Assembly (NCBI GenBank): GCA_963804165.1
Contig: CAWDPO010000031.1
Location: 1-25,211, forward strand
Reading direction: 5' to 3'
DNA: 25,211 nucleotides
DNA from: an uncultured delta proteobacterium
GTDB taxonomy: Bacteria > Desulfobacterota > Binatia > UBA9968
The translations under genes were made by a program, and so were the position numbers. The notes below the pieces were generated by a model. It was not told where the DNA came from, ran no database searches, and was given only the letters and a program-made list of their open reading frames with translations. Shown piece by piece: positions 1-9,444 of the stretch (position 1 is the stretch's first letter; each line of letters begins with the position of its first letter).

Positions 1-1
1 G

Positions 2-364
2 TGGAAAGTATTGTACGAAGCGCAACGTAGCGGGACCCTTGCCGTGACCGGACCCTATGCCTACGTGCGTCACCCGCAATACGATGGCTTCATTCTCATC
101 ATGATCGGCTTTTTGCTCCAGTGGCCGACATTGATTACATTGATTATGTTTCCGATCTTGCTGACGATGTATGTGCGATTGGCGCGGCGAGAGGAACGGG
201 AAGTGCTTTTCGAGTGTTTCGGTGAAGGAATATCGGCGTTACGCCGCTCGGACGCCGGCTTTTTTGCCGCGAGCAATGCGTATGGTGGACAAGCCCGCGT
301 GACGTCGACCTTGCTTAAGTTGCAAGCACGTTCAATTAGACAGGGATGTAACCGATATGACTGA
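2..364 (+). CDS. Isoprenylcysteine carboxyl methyltransferase (ICMT/PEMT)-family membrane protein, 5'-truncated by the window edge; C-terminus probably frameshifted
   Basis: Motifs L.VTGPYAYVRHPQY and LARREE with hydrophobic helices between them. This family is commonly found beside copper ATPases. Confidence 0.8.
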   Translation, partial: WKVLYEAQRSGTLAVTGPYAYVRHPQYDGFILIMIGFLLQWPTLITLIMFPILLTMYVRLARREEREVLFECFGEGISALRRSDAGFFAASNAYGGQARVTSTLLKLQARSIRQGCNRYD

Positions 365-2812
365 TCCAATTTGCGGGATGAACGTGGAGCCCAAGAGCGG
401 GCGGGCAGCCACGTTTACAACGGACAAACTTACTATTTCTGCAGCCCACACTGCCTGGCGAAGTTCAAAGAAGACCCTGAGAAGTTTCTGAAGTCGCCCG
501 CGGCGGGACACGCTGCGCAGGGCCACGGTCACGCGCACGCACATATGCCTGAGCAGCCACCACCTTCACATGCGGACAAAACGGCCGCGTTGCATACGTC
601 TGTCCGATGGATCCCGAGGTGCGCGAGTCCAAACCGGGCGCGTGCCCCAAGTGCGGTATGGCATTGGAGCCGGCAGCGCCCGCCGCTCCTGCGGTGAAGA
701 CGGAATACGTTTGTCCCATGCATCCGGAGGTCGTGCGCCCCGAGCCGGGCGCCTGTCCGATCTGCGGTATGGCGCTCGAGCCGCGCACCGTAACTCTAGA
801 AGAAGAAGCTAATCCCGAGCTGGTCGATATGACGCGGCGTTTCTGGGTTGGCGTCGTATTGAGCGTACCGATCGCGTTTCTGGCCATGTCCGAAATGATT
901 CCCGGACAGCCGCTGCAGCGAAGTTTCTCGCCACGACTGCTGAATTGGCTGCAGCTTCTACTGGCGACGCCGGTGGTGCTCTGGGGCGGCTGGCCGTTTT
1001 TCCAACGTGGCTGGGTGTCGATCGTTAACCGCAGTCTCAACATGTTCACGCTGATCGCCATCGGCGTAGGCACGGCGTTCGTTTATAGTTTGGCGGCGAC
1101 GCTTTTCCCGGATGCCTTTCCGCCATCGTTCCGCGGTCACGGCGGTGAAGTCGCCGTCTACTTCGATGCCGCGGCGGTGATCACCACCTTGGTGCTGCTC
1201 GGCCAGGTGTTGGAGCTGCGCGCGCGCAGCAAAACCAGCAAAGCGATCAAAGCATTATTAGGGCTCGCGCCCAAGACCGCGCGCCTCTTGCGCGACGACG
1301 GCAGCGAAACGGATGTGCCCCTTGAGCGCGTGCAGGTCGGCGACCGCTTGCGCGTCCGTCCCGGCGAGAAAATTCCCGTGGACGGCATCGTTCTCGAAGG
1401 CACGACCTCGGTCGATGAGTCGATGATCACCGGCGAGCCGATCCCGGTAGAAAAAACTAAAGGCAGCCGAGTAACCGGCGGGACGGTCAACGGCACGGGA
1501 AGCTTCGTGATGCGCGCCGAGCGCGTCGGCAGCGACACGCTTCTGGCGCAGATCGTCCGCATGGTCGCCGAAGCGCAGCGCAGCCGGGCACCGATCCAGA
1601 AGCTGGCCGACGTCGTCGCCGGTTATTTCGTTCCCGCCGTTGTGCTGGTCGCTATTATCACTTTTATTGTCTGGGCGATGTTCGGGCCGGAGCCGGCGAT
1701 GGCGTATGCATTGCTCAACGCCGTCGGGGTCTTGATCATCGCTTGCCCCTGCGCGCTCGGCTTGGCGACGCCGATGTCGATCATGGTCGGCACCGGGCGC
1801 GGCGCCATGGCGGGTGTGTTGATCAAAAATGCCGAAGCGCTCGAAATTTTGGAAAAGATCGACACGTTGGTGGTGGATAAAACCGGCACGCTTACCGAAG
1901 GTAAACCGCACTGGCGGCGTTGGTGGCAGTGCCGGGACAAGACGAGAATGAGATCCTGCGCCTCGCGGCGAGCCTGGAGCGGGGCAGCGAACATCCACTG
2001 GCGGCGGCCATTGTCAGCGGCGCCGAGAAAAGAGGGCTAAAGCTTACCGATGCGCGCGACTTTCGCTCGATCACGGGAAAGGTGTCGTCGGTGCCGTCGA
2101 TGGTAAGCACGTGGCGCTCGGCAACCGCGGATTGCTGGAAGAGTTGGGCGTTGCTGCAGGCGAGTTCGCGGCGCGGTCGGAAGAGCTGAGGAAAAAGGGG
2201 CAGACGGTGATGTTCCTGGTGATTGACGGTTCCATCGCCGGACTGATCGGCGTCGCCGATCCCGTCAAGGCGTCAACTCCCGAAGCGATCCGCCTGCTGC
2301 ACGAAGACGGCGTTCGGCTCGTCATGCTGACAGGGGACAATCGTACGACCGCGGAAGCGGTGGGAAAAAAACTGGGCATCGACGAAATTCAGGCTGAAGT
2401 CCTGCCGGAACAAAAAAGCGAAATCGTCAAGCGGCTACAATCCGAAGGCCATATCGTCGCGATGGCAGGCGACGGTGTCAATGATGCCCCCGCTCTGGCG
2501 CAGGCTCATGTCGGTATTGCCATGGGCACCGGCACCGACGTTGCGATGGAAAGCGCAGGAGTCACTCTGGTCAAAGGAGACCTGCGCGGCATCGTCAAGG
2601 CGCGGCGCTTGAGCCGTGCTACCATGCGTAACATCCGGCAGAATCTGTTCTTTGCGTTTATCTATAACGTATTGGGAATTCCAATCGCAGCGGGAGTGCT
2701 CTATCCGTTCTTCGGTATGCTCCTGAGTCCGGTGATCGCCAGCGTCGCGATGACATTTAGCTCTGTCAGCGTTATCGGCAACGCGCTGCGACTGAATCGG
2801 TTGGAACTCTGA
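357..2812 (+). CDS. copA: Cu(I)/Ag(I)-translocating P1B-type ATPase with N-terminal YHS domain, His-rich linker and two heavy-metal-binding (CPMx...CPxCGMALEP) domains; split over ORFs 371-697, 607-2040, 1920-2189 and 2111-2812 by probable sequencing indels
   Basis: ATG357 gives [12 protein letters not shown], continuing in another frame as YYFCSPHC (YHS). Also [67 protein letters not shown] and MTFSS. Confidence 0.93.
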
Positions 2813-2889
2813 TGTGAGCGTAAGCAAAGAAAACAGGATGGATCGTTGTCCTAGACCAAGCAGCCCTCTTCCTGGATTACGTCACCCTC

Positions 2890-3099
2890 TCACAGGGTCA
2901 CCACCCGCTCTTGAAGTTTCCCTTTGGCTGCTCGTTCTAACAGTTTATCGATTTTACGCTGGGTCTGCTGGCCGATCTGCTCGTGGCCGCATTCCTGGCA
3001 AATCGTACAGGGGACGTTACGGATCTCGAGCAGATCGGTTTGTATCGTGGTCCGGCCAAGGTAGGTCCGCGATCGACATTGCGCGCATCTTCCAGGCAT
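2890..3099 (-). CDS. YgiT-type (MqsA N-terminal-like) zinc-finger protein, 69 aa
   Basis: CAQC ... EIRNVPCTICQECGHE pattern (two CxxC pairs with the NVP motif) followed by an amphipathic helix. No HTH domain. Confidence 0.7.
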   Translation of the reverse strand: MPGRCAQCRSRTYLGRTTIQTDLLEIRNVPCTICQECGHEQIGQQTQRKIDKLLERAAKGKLQERVVTL

Positions 3100-3191
3100 G
3101 GTTTTCAGTTAACCCTTCACCACTCTATCAGGCGGGGAATCGGAAAGGTAAAGGAGGGCACGCTCGTGAATTTTCACGCTGTGCCTGTTTC

Positions 3192-4442
3192 CTATCCCTC
3201 GTCGATGGAGCGGCTGGCTTGCCGTATCGATGGAAGTTTGGTGGCAAAAGCTGCCACAGCAAGCAGGCAAACGATGCCGCCGATCATCAGAGTCCCGGGG
3301 GTCCCGACCCAATGGGCGATGGCGCCGAGCATGAGGCTGCCCAACGATTCGACGCCGCGGCGCGCCATCACGAAGAGGCTCAGTACGCGGCCGCGTTTCT
3401 GGTCGTCGACCAGACTCTGCACGATGGTATTGCTTGACGCCATCTGCATCATCAACGAGAAGCCCAGCACCAGGGCGATGATCAAAGCGATCGCCAGTGA
3501 GCGCGAGAGCGACAGGGCGAACAGGCCGATGCCGTAGAGAATGCCGGCGACGACAATCATCTCAGCCAGCCCTTCGAGGCGGCTGCGCGAGGCGAGATAG
3601 ATCGCGCCCACTAGCGCTCCCACGCCGGTGGCGGACATGAGGTAACCGTAGACGCGCGGACCGCCGTGCAGGATGTCTTCGGCGAATACCGGCATGAGCA
3701 GCGTGTAGGACGAGGCGATAAAACTGACCACGGCGACGAGCATCAAAATGGATCGAATCGGCACCGAAGCGAACGTGTACGCGGCGCCTTCCAGGATCGC
3801 GGCCTTGACATTGAGCGGGCTGGAGGAGAATTTCTTTTCCGGAATTTCCATCAGGAAGAGCGCGCCCAAGACCGCAAGATAGCTCAGGCTGTTGAGGGCG
3901 AAACAAGGTCCTTCGCCGACCAGGGCGATGAGGATTCCCGCCACTCCTGGTCCGATCAGCAGCGCGCCGTTGAAAATGAAAGAGTTTAAGGCGATCGCGT
4001 TGGGCAGCTCTTCTCTCGCCTCGATGATATCCACGATGAAGGCTTGGCGAGCCGTGATATCGAAAGCGCCGACGACCCCGAGCAGCCCGCCAAGCACTAG
4101 CACATGCCAGACCTCGACTTGATCGGTGAGGACGAGCACCGCCAACAGCGCGGCCTGGAGCGCCGAGAGCGCCTGGGTGACGACCATAATGCGGTGACGT
4201 TTGAGCCGATCCGCCAGCACGCCGGCAAAGGGCACGAGAAGAAAAAGCGGGATGTCGCTGACAAAACCGACCACGCCCAACATCAGTTCGGACTTCGTCA
4301 ATCGATAGACCAGCCAGCGCATGGCGATCAGTTGCATCCAGGTGCCGATCAACGACACGGCTTGGCCGAAGAAAAACAGGCGGAAATTTCGCGAGGCTAA
4401 TGCGCGCACGAGGAACTTGAGGTCTTTAGTTTCGCTGGGCAT
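3192..4442 (-). CDS. MFS transporter (MFS_3/DUF894-like), 416 aa
   Basis: About 12 hydrophobic segments; RNFRLFFFGQAVSLIGTWMQ start, GVLADR motif A, NAIALNS and RGRVLS. Confidence 0.9.
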   Translation of the reverse strand: MPSETKDLKFLVRALASRNFRLFFFGQAVSLIGTWMQLIAMRWLVYRLTKSELMLGVVGFVSDIPLFLLVPFAGVLADRLKRHRIMVVTQALSALQAALLAVLVLTDQVEVWHVLVLGGLLGVVGAFDITARQAFIVDIIEAREELPNAIALNSFIFNGALLIGPGVAGILIALVGEGPCFALNSLSYLAVLGALFLMEIPEKKFSSSPLNVKAAILEGAAYTFASVPIRSILMLVAVVSFIASSYTLLMPVFAEDILHGGPRVYGYLMSATGVGALVGAIYLASRSRLEGLAEMIVVAGILYGIGLFALSLSRSLAIALIIALVLGFSLMMQMASSNTIVQSLVDDQKRGRVLSLFVMARRGVESLGSLMLGAIAHWVGTPGTLMIGGIVCLLAVAAFATKLPSIRQASRSIDEG

Positions 4443-4537
4443 GAGATGAGTGTCGGTTATTTCGAAGCTTAATTCGATCGCTTGAATCCAATCCGCAGAG
4501 GGTTGCTGCCGACAGAGCGGGGCGCGCGGAGCTCAAA

Positions 4538-4639
4538 ATGATAAAATGGCGAAGCCATGCTCACGTGAAGCGGGACTGCCGATATGGCGTGATCGTACCG
4601 AAGTATCGAAGCAAACCGATGTTTGGGACGGAGAGTTAG
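4538..4639 (+). pseudogene. tnpA: Relic 5' fragment of an IS200/IS605-family Y1 transposase (TnpA)
   Basis: Hand translation gives MIKWRSHAHVKRDCRYGVIVPKYRSKPMFGTES*, matching the TnpA N-terminal pattern H..W.C.YH.V..PKYR. A GGAG RBS lies upstream. It stops before the HUH motif and is not in the ORF track. Confidence 0.7.
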
Positions 4640-4773
4640 TCTCGTCGCGGACACGCCTTAAGATGGCTCCGCCGAAACTTCCGAAATCGCCAAAAATTAG
4701 ATAGACAGTGTCTCCCGAGTCGGCCTATAGTTTTAGTGATGCCAAGATGGCAAAATCAACGTGGAGGTCTCGC

Positions 4774-4863
4774 ATGGCAGCCATTGCGCCCGTTTTTGTA
4801 ATGATTCTGATCCTATTTCTTGTTTTCAAGCTGGCAAAATGGAGTGCCTACCGGCGGAAGTAA
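4774..4863 (+). CDS. Putative 29-aa single-pass membrane peptide
   Basis: GGAGG at 4763-4767, 6 nt before ATG4774. Translation MAAIAPVFVMILILFLVFKLAKWSAYRRK* is one hydrophobic helix plus a basic tail. Confidence 0.55.
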   Translation: MAAIAPVFVMILILFLVFKLAKWSAYRRK

Positions 4864-5065
4864 GAAACTGTTCGTCCGTGCTGCCGACCTTGCGTAAACA
4901 GGTAGACTTCGCCAGGTTTGCAGTCGTGGGTAGGATGCATTCTAACAGTAGTGTCTACGACGTGGTATTCTACTCGATCCGGGCGTTATAGAAGTGCTGC
5001 AATGCAGTATTGTCGACCTGGAGTGCGCCATGGTCACCATCAGTCAATTAGCGAAAGGCGGTTTT

Positions 5066-5281
5066 ATGCACCAATACAAGAGTCATCCCATTTATGGCAT
5101 CGGATTTCGTGGGCCTGGAAAAACATGGTATTGCAGGGGCTTGATATTCGATTCCGAAGATAAGGTGACAGAGATGAAAAGAGTAGAAAGCGCCAACGTA
5201 AGTTTCGCGACGAAAAGAAAAGCGGAAGAACACGCGGTCAAACTATGCAAAGGATGGATTGACGAGCAAAGCCTCATCTGA
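5066..5281 (+). CDS. Small hypothetical protein, 71 aa
   Basis: In-frame ATG5066 of ORF 4994-5281 with AAAGGCGG upstream. Protein-like sequence MHQYKSHPIYG...F.TK..AEEHA..LCKGWID. Confidence 0.65.
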   Translation: MHQYKSHPIYGIGFRGPGKTWYCRGLIFDSEDKVTEMKRVESANVSFATKRKAEEHAVKLCKGWIDEQSLI

Positions 5282-5573
5282 AAAATAGATCCCATGGCGT
5301 AGCACGACCGCCCTTGCTGAATCATTGACCGCAACCTCCCCAGCCGCTTAGCCACCAACGTCTCATTCGCGAGATTGCATCGAAGGCCGCATTGACGTTT
5401 TCGAACGGTCTCCCTCGATCCGGAATGGCGCTATATCGAAAGGCTTGCGCTTATCAGCCGTGACTCGTTATCACTTTGCGCCTGTGCAACACGACAATTT
5501 GACACCACCTGTGATTTGCGGCTAGCTACTTGAGCGCGGGGCGGCACAGTAGAGAGACAAGGAGATCGAACAG

Positions 5574-6560
5574 ATGAATAAACGAATTCATGCGGTTTTG
5601 CTCAGCTTGCTTGTGATCGCAGCTTTGCCGGGTTTGACGCTGGCGCGGGATCGGTTGGCGCACGGCTATTCAAGCGCGAGCGGAGTTTTCGCCGGCCTCT
5701 GGGTGGCGGAAGAGGGAAAGATTTTCGAGAAACATGACATCGATTCCCGTCTCATATTGATCGCTTCGGGATCGCTGATGGTGCAGGCGATGTTGGGAGG
5801 TGAGCTACCGATCGCCGGTGCTGCGGGGAGCGCCGCTGTCGATGCCAGCCTGGGCGGGGCGGACATCGTTATGTTCGGGTCGATGGTTAAAGTTCCGGCT
5901 TTTTACATCATGGCTTTACCGGAGATCAAAACGATCGAGGACTTGCGCGGCAAGACGGTTGGGGTAACCCGCTTCGGTTCCTCGACCGATTTCACGATGC
6001 GGTATGTCTTGCGCAAACATGGGCTTGAACCCGGAAAGGACGTGACCCTGATACAAACAGGAGATCTCTTTGCCGCCGCGGCAATGTTGCGTAGCCGCAC
6101 CATCGTCTCTGCTCCGTTCTCCAGCCCAACCAATCTTCGGGCCGAAGAGGCGGGCGCGCGAGTATTGATGAATATGGGTAAGGCCGGTGTTTACTTTCCG
6201 CATGATGCTTTTATGGCGCGCCGATCCTTTATCAGCGCCAATACTGATCTGGTGCGGCGGTTTCTGAAGGCGTACTCGGAGGCGGTGCACGTGCTGTTTA
6301 CGAACAAGGAGCTTAGCCGGCGCGCGATTGCGAAATACGCCCGCGCTACGGATGCTAAAACCCTCGATGCGGTATACCAGTACGCGGTGGATTACGTGGA
6401 CAAGATTCCTTATAACACTCGCGAGGGTATTCAGGAGGTCCTGAACCAAGCGGCGGTAAGAAATCCGAAAGCCAAGGACGCAAAGCCCGAAGCGTTCTAT
6501 GACGATAGCTTCGTCAAGGAACTGGATAGCCAGGGATTTTATAAACAGTTTTGGAAGTGA
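5574..6560 (+). CDS. ABC transporter substrate-binding protein, NMT1/THI5/SsuA-like
   Basis: Signal peptide, AAGGAG RBS, and WVAEEGKIFEKHDI and DLRGKTVGVTRFGSSTD motifs. Confidence 0.88.
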   Translation: MNKRIHAVLLSLLVIAALPGLTLARDRLAHGYSSASGVFAGLWVAEEGKIFEKHDIDSRLILIASGSLMVQAMLGGELPIAGAAGSAAVDASLGGADIVMFGSMVKVPAFYIMALPEIKTIEDLRGKTVGVTRFGSSTDFTMRYVLRKHGLEPGKDVTLIQTGDLFAAAAMLRSRTIVSAPFSSPTNLRAEEAGARVLMNMGKAGVYFPHDAFMARRSFISANTDLVRRFLKAYSEAVHVLFTNKELSRRAIAKYARATDAKTLDAVYQYAVDYVDKIPYNTREGIQEVLNQAAVRNPKAKDAKPEAFYDDSFVKELDSQGFYKQFWK

Positions 6561-6583
6561 TCGTCTGGCTACAGCACAGTAGT

Positions 6584-6610
6584 TGGAGTATTGGAGTCGT
6601 GGAGTATTGG
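6584..6610 (+). repeat. Tandem 8-mer repeat (TGGAGTNN)x3, single arm
   Basis: tggagtat-tggagtcg-tggagtat-tgg; same unit as 8162-8230. Confidence 0.8.
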
Positions 6611-6624
6611 AAAAGGAGACAGGC

Positions 6625-8152
6625 ATGAAGAGAGGGAGTCGAAACGAGTGTTGGGTCGTCGTTCTCATTCTCGTTGTTCTCAGTGCCGTTGGCCCTCGAG
6701 TCCATGCCGCGGAGACGCCGTATTTCCATCGGCGTCACCGAGACCATGGAGACGTTCAATCCCTACGGTGACAGCGTTTCGCTCATGTACAGCATCTGGT
6801 GCCAGGTGCTCGGTTGTCTCGGCACTTACGATTTCGACAAAGGTCAGCACGTCGGGCTGCTGGTGGAAAAGTGGGAAGTGAAGGACCCCAAGACCTGGCT
6901 GTTTCACCTACGTAAGAACAATCGCTTTCACGACGGCTCGCCGGTGACTGCCGAAGACGTGGTTCATTCTCTTAAGCGCACGCGCAGCGATCCTTTTACC
7001 AAGCAGTTCCAAAACGTTTCTGCCGTCGCCGGTGAAGCGGTGGTCGACAAATACACCGTGAGAATCAATACCAAAGAGCCGACCGCCCCTTTGCTGGATT
7101 ACCTTTTTGATCGGGTCATTGTCACCAGCAAAACGATCTACGACAAATACGGCCCCGAGGTTGCCGATAAGCAGTACCCCGTCGGTGCCGGTCCGTACAA
7201 GTTTAGAGAACTTATTCCAGGGCAGCGACTCGTCATCGGCAAAGACAAGAACCATCCGATGTGGAAGCAATATCCCCAGGCTCCCGATGAGATCGTGTTC
7301 CGGCTCATGCGAGAACCCGAACAGCGGGTGACAGCGCTATTGAATAATGAGATTCAGATTGCGCAGTTCGTGCCGCCGCATCTGCGCGAGCGTGTTGAAC
7401 GAAGCGCCAATCACAAAATCGTCAAGTTTCACACCGCAGAGATCATGTTTCTCGCGATGATGCCGAAGGTGAAGCCTTGGGATAACAAGCTCGTGCGCCA
7501 GGCCGTCGGCTACGCTATCGATCGCGACACGATCATCAAGACCCTGCTTAGAGGGGAAGCCTCGCGGCTCGACGGTCCCATCGGCGAGGGTCAATACGGT
7601 TACGATCCGAAGCTGCAACCCAAGTATACCTACAATCCCGAAAAGGCCCGGGAGTTGCTGAAGCAAGCGGGATATCCGAACGGCGTCGACGTCGAATTGT
7701 CCACCCCTGTTGGCCGCTACACGCTCGATAAGCAGGTGAGCGAAGCTATGGTGCCCATGCTTACCGCCGCCGGCATAAGAACCAAGCTGCTGACCCCGGA
7801 ATGGGCGACGCTTTGGGCCAACGTGCAAGTGGGCAAAGTACCTTTTTATTACATGGGCCGCGGCGGCGTCGTCGATCCGAGCGCGGCGCTGGCGCAATAT
7901 TTTGAAACCGGCGCCTCGCCGCGCATCGGCTATTCAAACCCGAAGGTCGACGAATTGCTGTCCGCGGAAAGGCAGGCCTTCGATCCCGCCAAACGGAAGA
8001 AACTTTTGAGCCAAGCCATGAGTCTCGTCACGGAAGAGGCGCCGGCGCAATTCATGTGGCGGCATCAATTGTTGTTCGGCCTGGCCAAAAACGTCGACTA
8101 CCGCCCGCTGCCGAGCGAACGCATCTACGGTTGGAATATGAAAGTGCGGTAG
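6625..8152 (+). CDS. ABC transporter substrate-binding protein, family 5 (DppA/OppA-like); indel near 6720 separates the signal peptide from the mature part
   Basis: AAGGAG RBS and ATG6625 encode MKRGSRNECWVVVLILVVLSAVGPRVHA. The mature region has FHDGSPVTAEDV, PVGAGPYK, VRQAVGYAIDR and YNPEKARELLKQAGY. Confidence 0.9.
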
Positions 8153-8161
8153 AAAAGCCAT

Positions 8162-8230
8162 TGGAGTGGTGGAGTGATGGAATATTGGAGTGTTGGGTTT
8201 TCCCAATACTCCAGTGCCTTCATCACTCCA
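8162..8230. repeat. Palindromic tandem 8-mer element (TGGAGTNN)x4 / loop / (NNACTCCA)x2-3
   Basis: Core hairpin TGGAGTGTTGGG-TTTT-CCCAATACTCCA extended by further units; starts 10 nt after the stop codon of the binding-protein gene. Confidence 0.85.
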
Positions 8231-8339
8231 ATCCGTCTTTGCCCCGTCGCCTTCCAGTATGGATGAGACTATAATCGTAGATGTTCCCGGGCTTATCACT
8301 AGGGGGAAATTAGTTAATTCCGAGAGGAGAGTATTCTGA

Positions 8340-9359
8340 ATGGCGAAGGAACGAGTCGGTTACGCGCTGGGTTACGGCAAATTCACCAATGTTAGAGAAA
8401 TGGCGGAAGTCATGAAGCGCGCTGAGGAGCGCGGTTTCGAGATGGCATTTTTTTCCGAGACCATCGAGCTCATGCGCGATTCGGTGACCTCGCTAGCCGC
8501 CATTGGGCTGGCCACGAAGAATTTGAAACTTGGCACCACGCAGATCGTGCGCTTGCGCGGGCCGGTGGTGATGGCGCAATCGCTGGCGACTCTCGATGAG
8601 CTCACCGGCGGGCGAATGACGATCGCACCTGGCGCGTGCACCAAGAGTCACGCGCGGGTTCATGCGCTGCGCCAGGATATCGGCGCGACGCCGCCGGAAG
8701 TGCTTCGAGAATACGTCGAATCCATGCGCCTGCTACTGAAGGGCGACAAATGTTCTTATCACGGCAAGACCATCGATTTTGACAACGTCGGCTTGGGCTG
8801 GAAACCGATCCGTTCCAATATTCCGATTTATCTGCCGGCGACGGCGACCGCGGGATTAAAACTCGCGGGACAGATCGCCGACGGGGTGGTTCTCAATGCC
8901 GTCTGCTCGCCGGAGTATACGGTCAATGCTTTGCGGATCATTCGCGAGTCGGCGGCGGCGGCCGGAAGAGACATTGCGAATTTCGAAGTGTCGCAGATTA
9001 TCAACTGCTCGGTCGAAGACGATCACAAGAAAGCGCTCGACGCGGTGCGCTGGGAAGTCGCGACTAAGCTCGATCCCGTGCAGATCTCTTTCATCGCGGC
9101 GCCCAAGATGCGCGTCGGTGAACCTTACATTCGCAAGGAAGACATACCTCTCTTCGAAAAGGCGCACGCCGCGGGCGGGATGGAAGCCTTGATCAAAGCG
9201 ATACCGGATTCTTACGTCGAAGGCATGACTGCCAGCGGCACGCCGGACGAAGTCAAAAAGCGCGTTCAGCAATACCGCGACGCCGGCGTCAAAATTCCTC
9301 TGTTACGTCCCGCCGCGGCACATCAGACAGAGCGCTTGCTGGATTTGTTTACGCAATAA
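8340..9359 (+). CDS. LLM-class (luciferase-like, Mer-like) flavin- or F420-dependent oxidoreductase
   Basis: RAEERGF, LAAIGLATKNLKLGT, ATLDELTGGR, LAGQIADG and GTPDEVKKRVQQYRDAGV; GAGGAG RBS. Confidence 0.9.
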   Translation: MAKERVGYALGYGKFTNVREMAEVMKRAEERGFEMAFFSETIELMRDSVTSLAAIGLATKNLKLGTTQIVRLRGPVVMAQSLATLDELTGGRMTIAPGACTKSHARVHALRQDIGATPPEVLREYVESMRLLLKGDKCSYHGKTIDFDNVGLGWKPIRSNIPIYLPATATAGLKLAGQIADGVVLNAVCSPEYTVNALRIIRESAAAAGRDIANFEVSQIINCSVEDDHKKALDAVRWEVATKLDPVQISFIAAPKMRVGEPYIRKEDIPLFEKAHAAGGMEALIKAIPDSYVEGMTASGTPDEVKKRVQQYRDAGVKIPLLRPAAAHQTERLLDLFTQ

Positions 9360-9365
9360 AAACTA

Positions 9366-9444
9366 GTTCAAGGTTCCAGGTTCAAAGTTCAAGGTTTGGT
9401 CGGAATCAGCTTAGAACCTCCGGGACTTTGAACGTTGAACATTG
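9366..9444. repeat. 7-mer palindromic tandem repeat: left arm (GTTCAAG-like x4) and start of right arm (NTTGAAC), interrupted by the IS
   Basis: gttcaag gttccag gttcaaa gttcaag (9366-9393); tttgaac gttgaac attg (9427-9444). Confidence 0.85.

Noticed and set aside
2814-3537. ORFs 2814-3437 and 2983-3537 on the + strand
   Set aside because: They overlap the better supported zinc-finger and MFS genes on the - strand and look non-protein-like.
5282-5573. Riboswitch or promoter upstream of the NMT1/THI5-like binding protein
   Set aside because: No TPP or other riboswitch core was recognised. TTGACA at 5499 lacks a convincing -10 at 17 nt.
6584-9444. Short tandem repeats as a CRISPR array
   Set aside because: Units are 7-8 nt with no unique spacers, and no cas genes are present.
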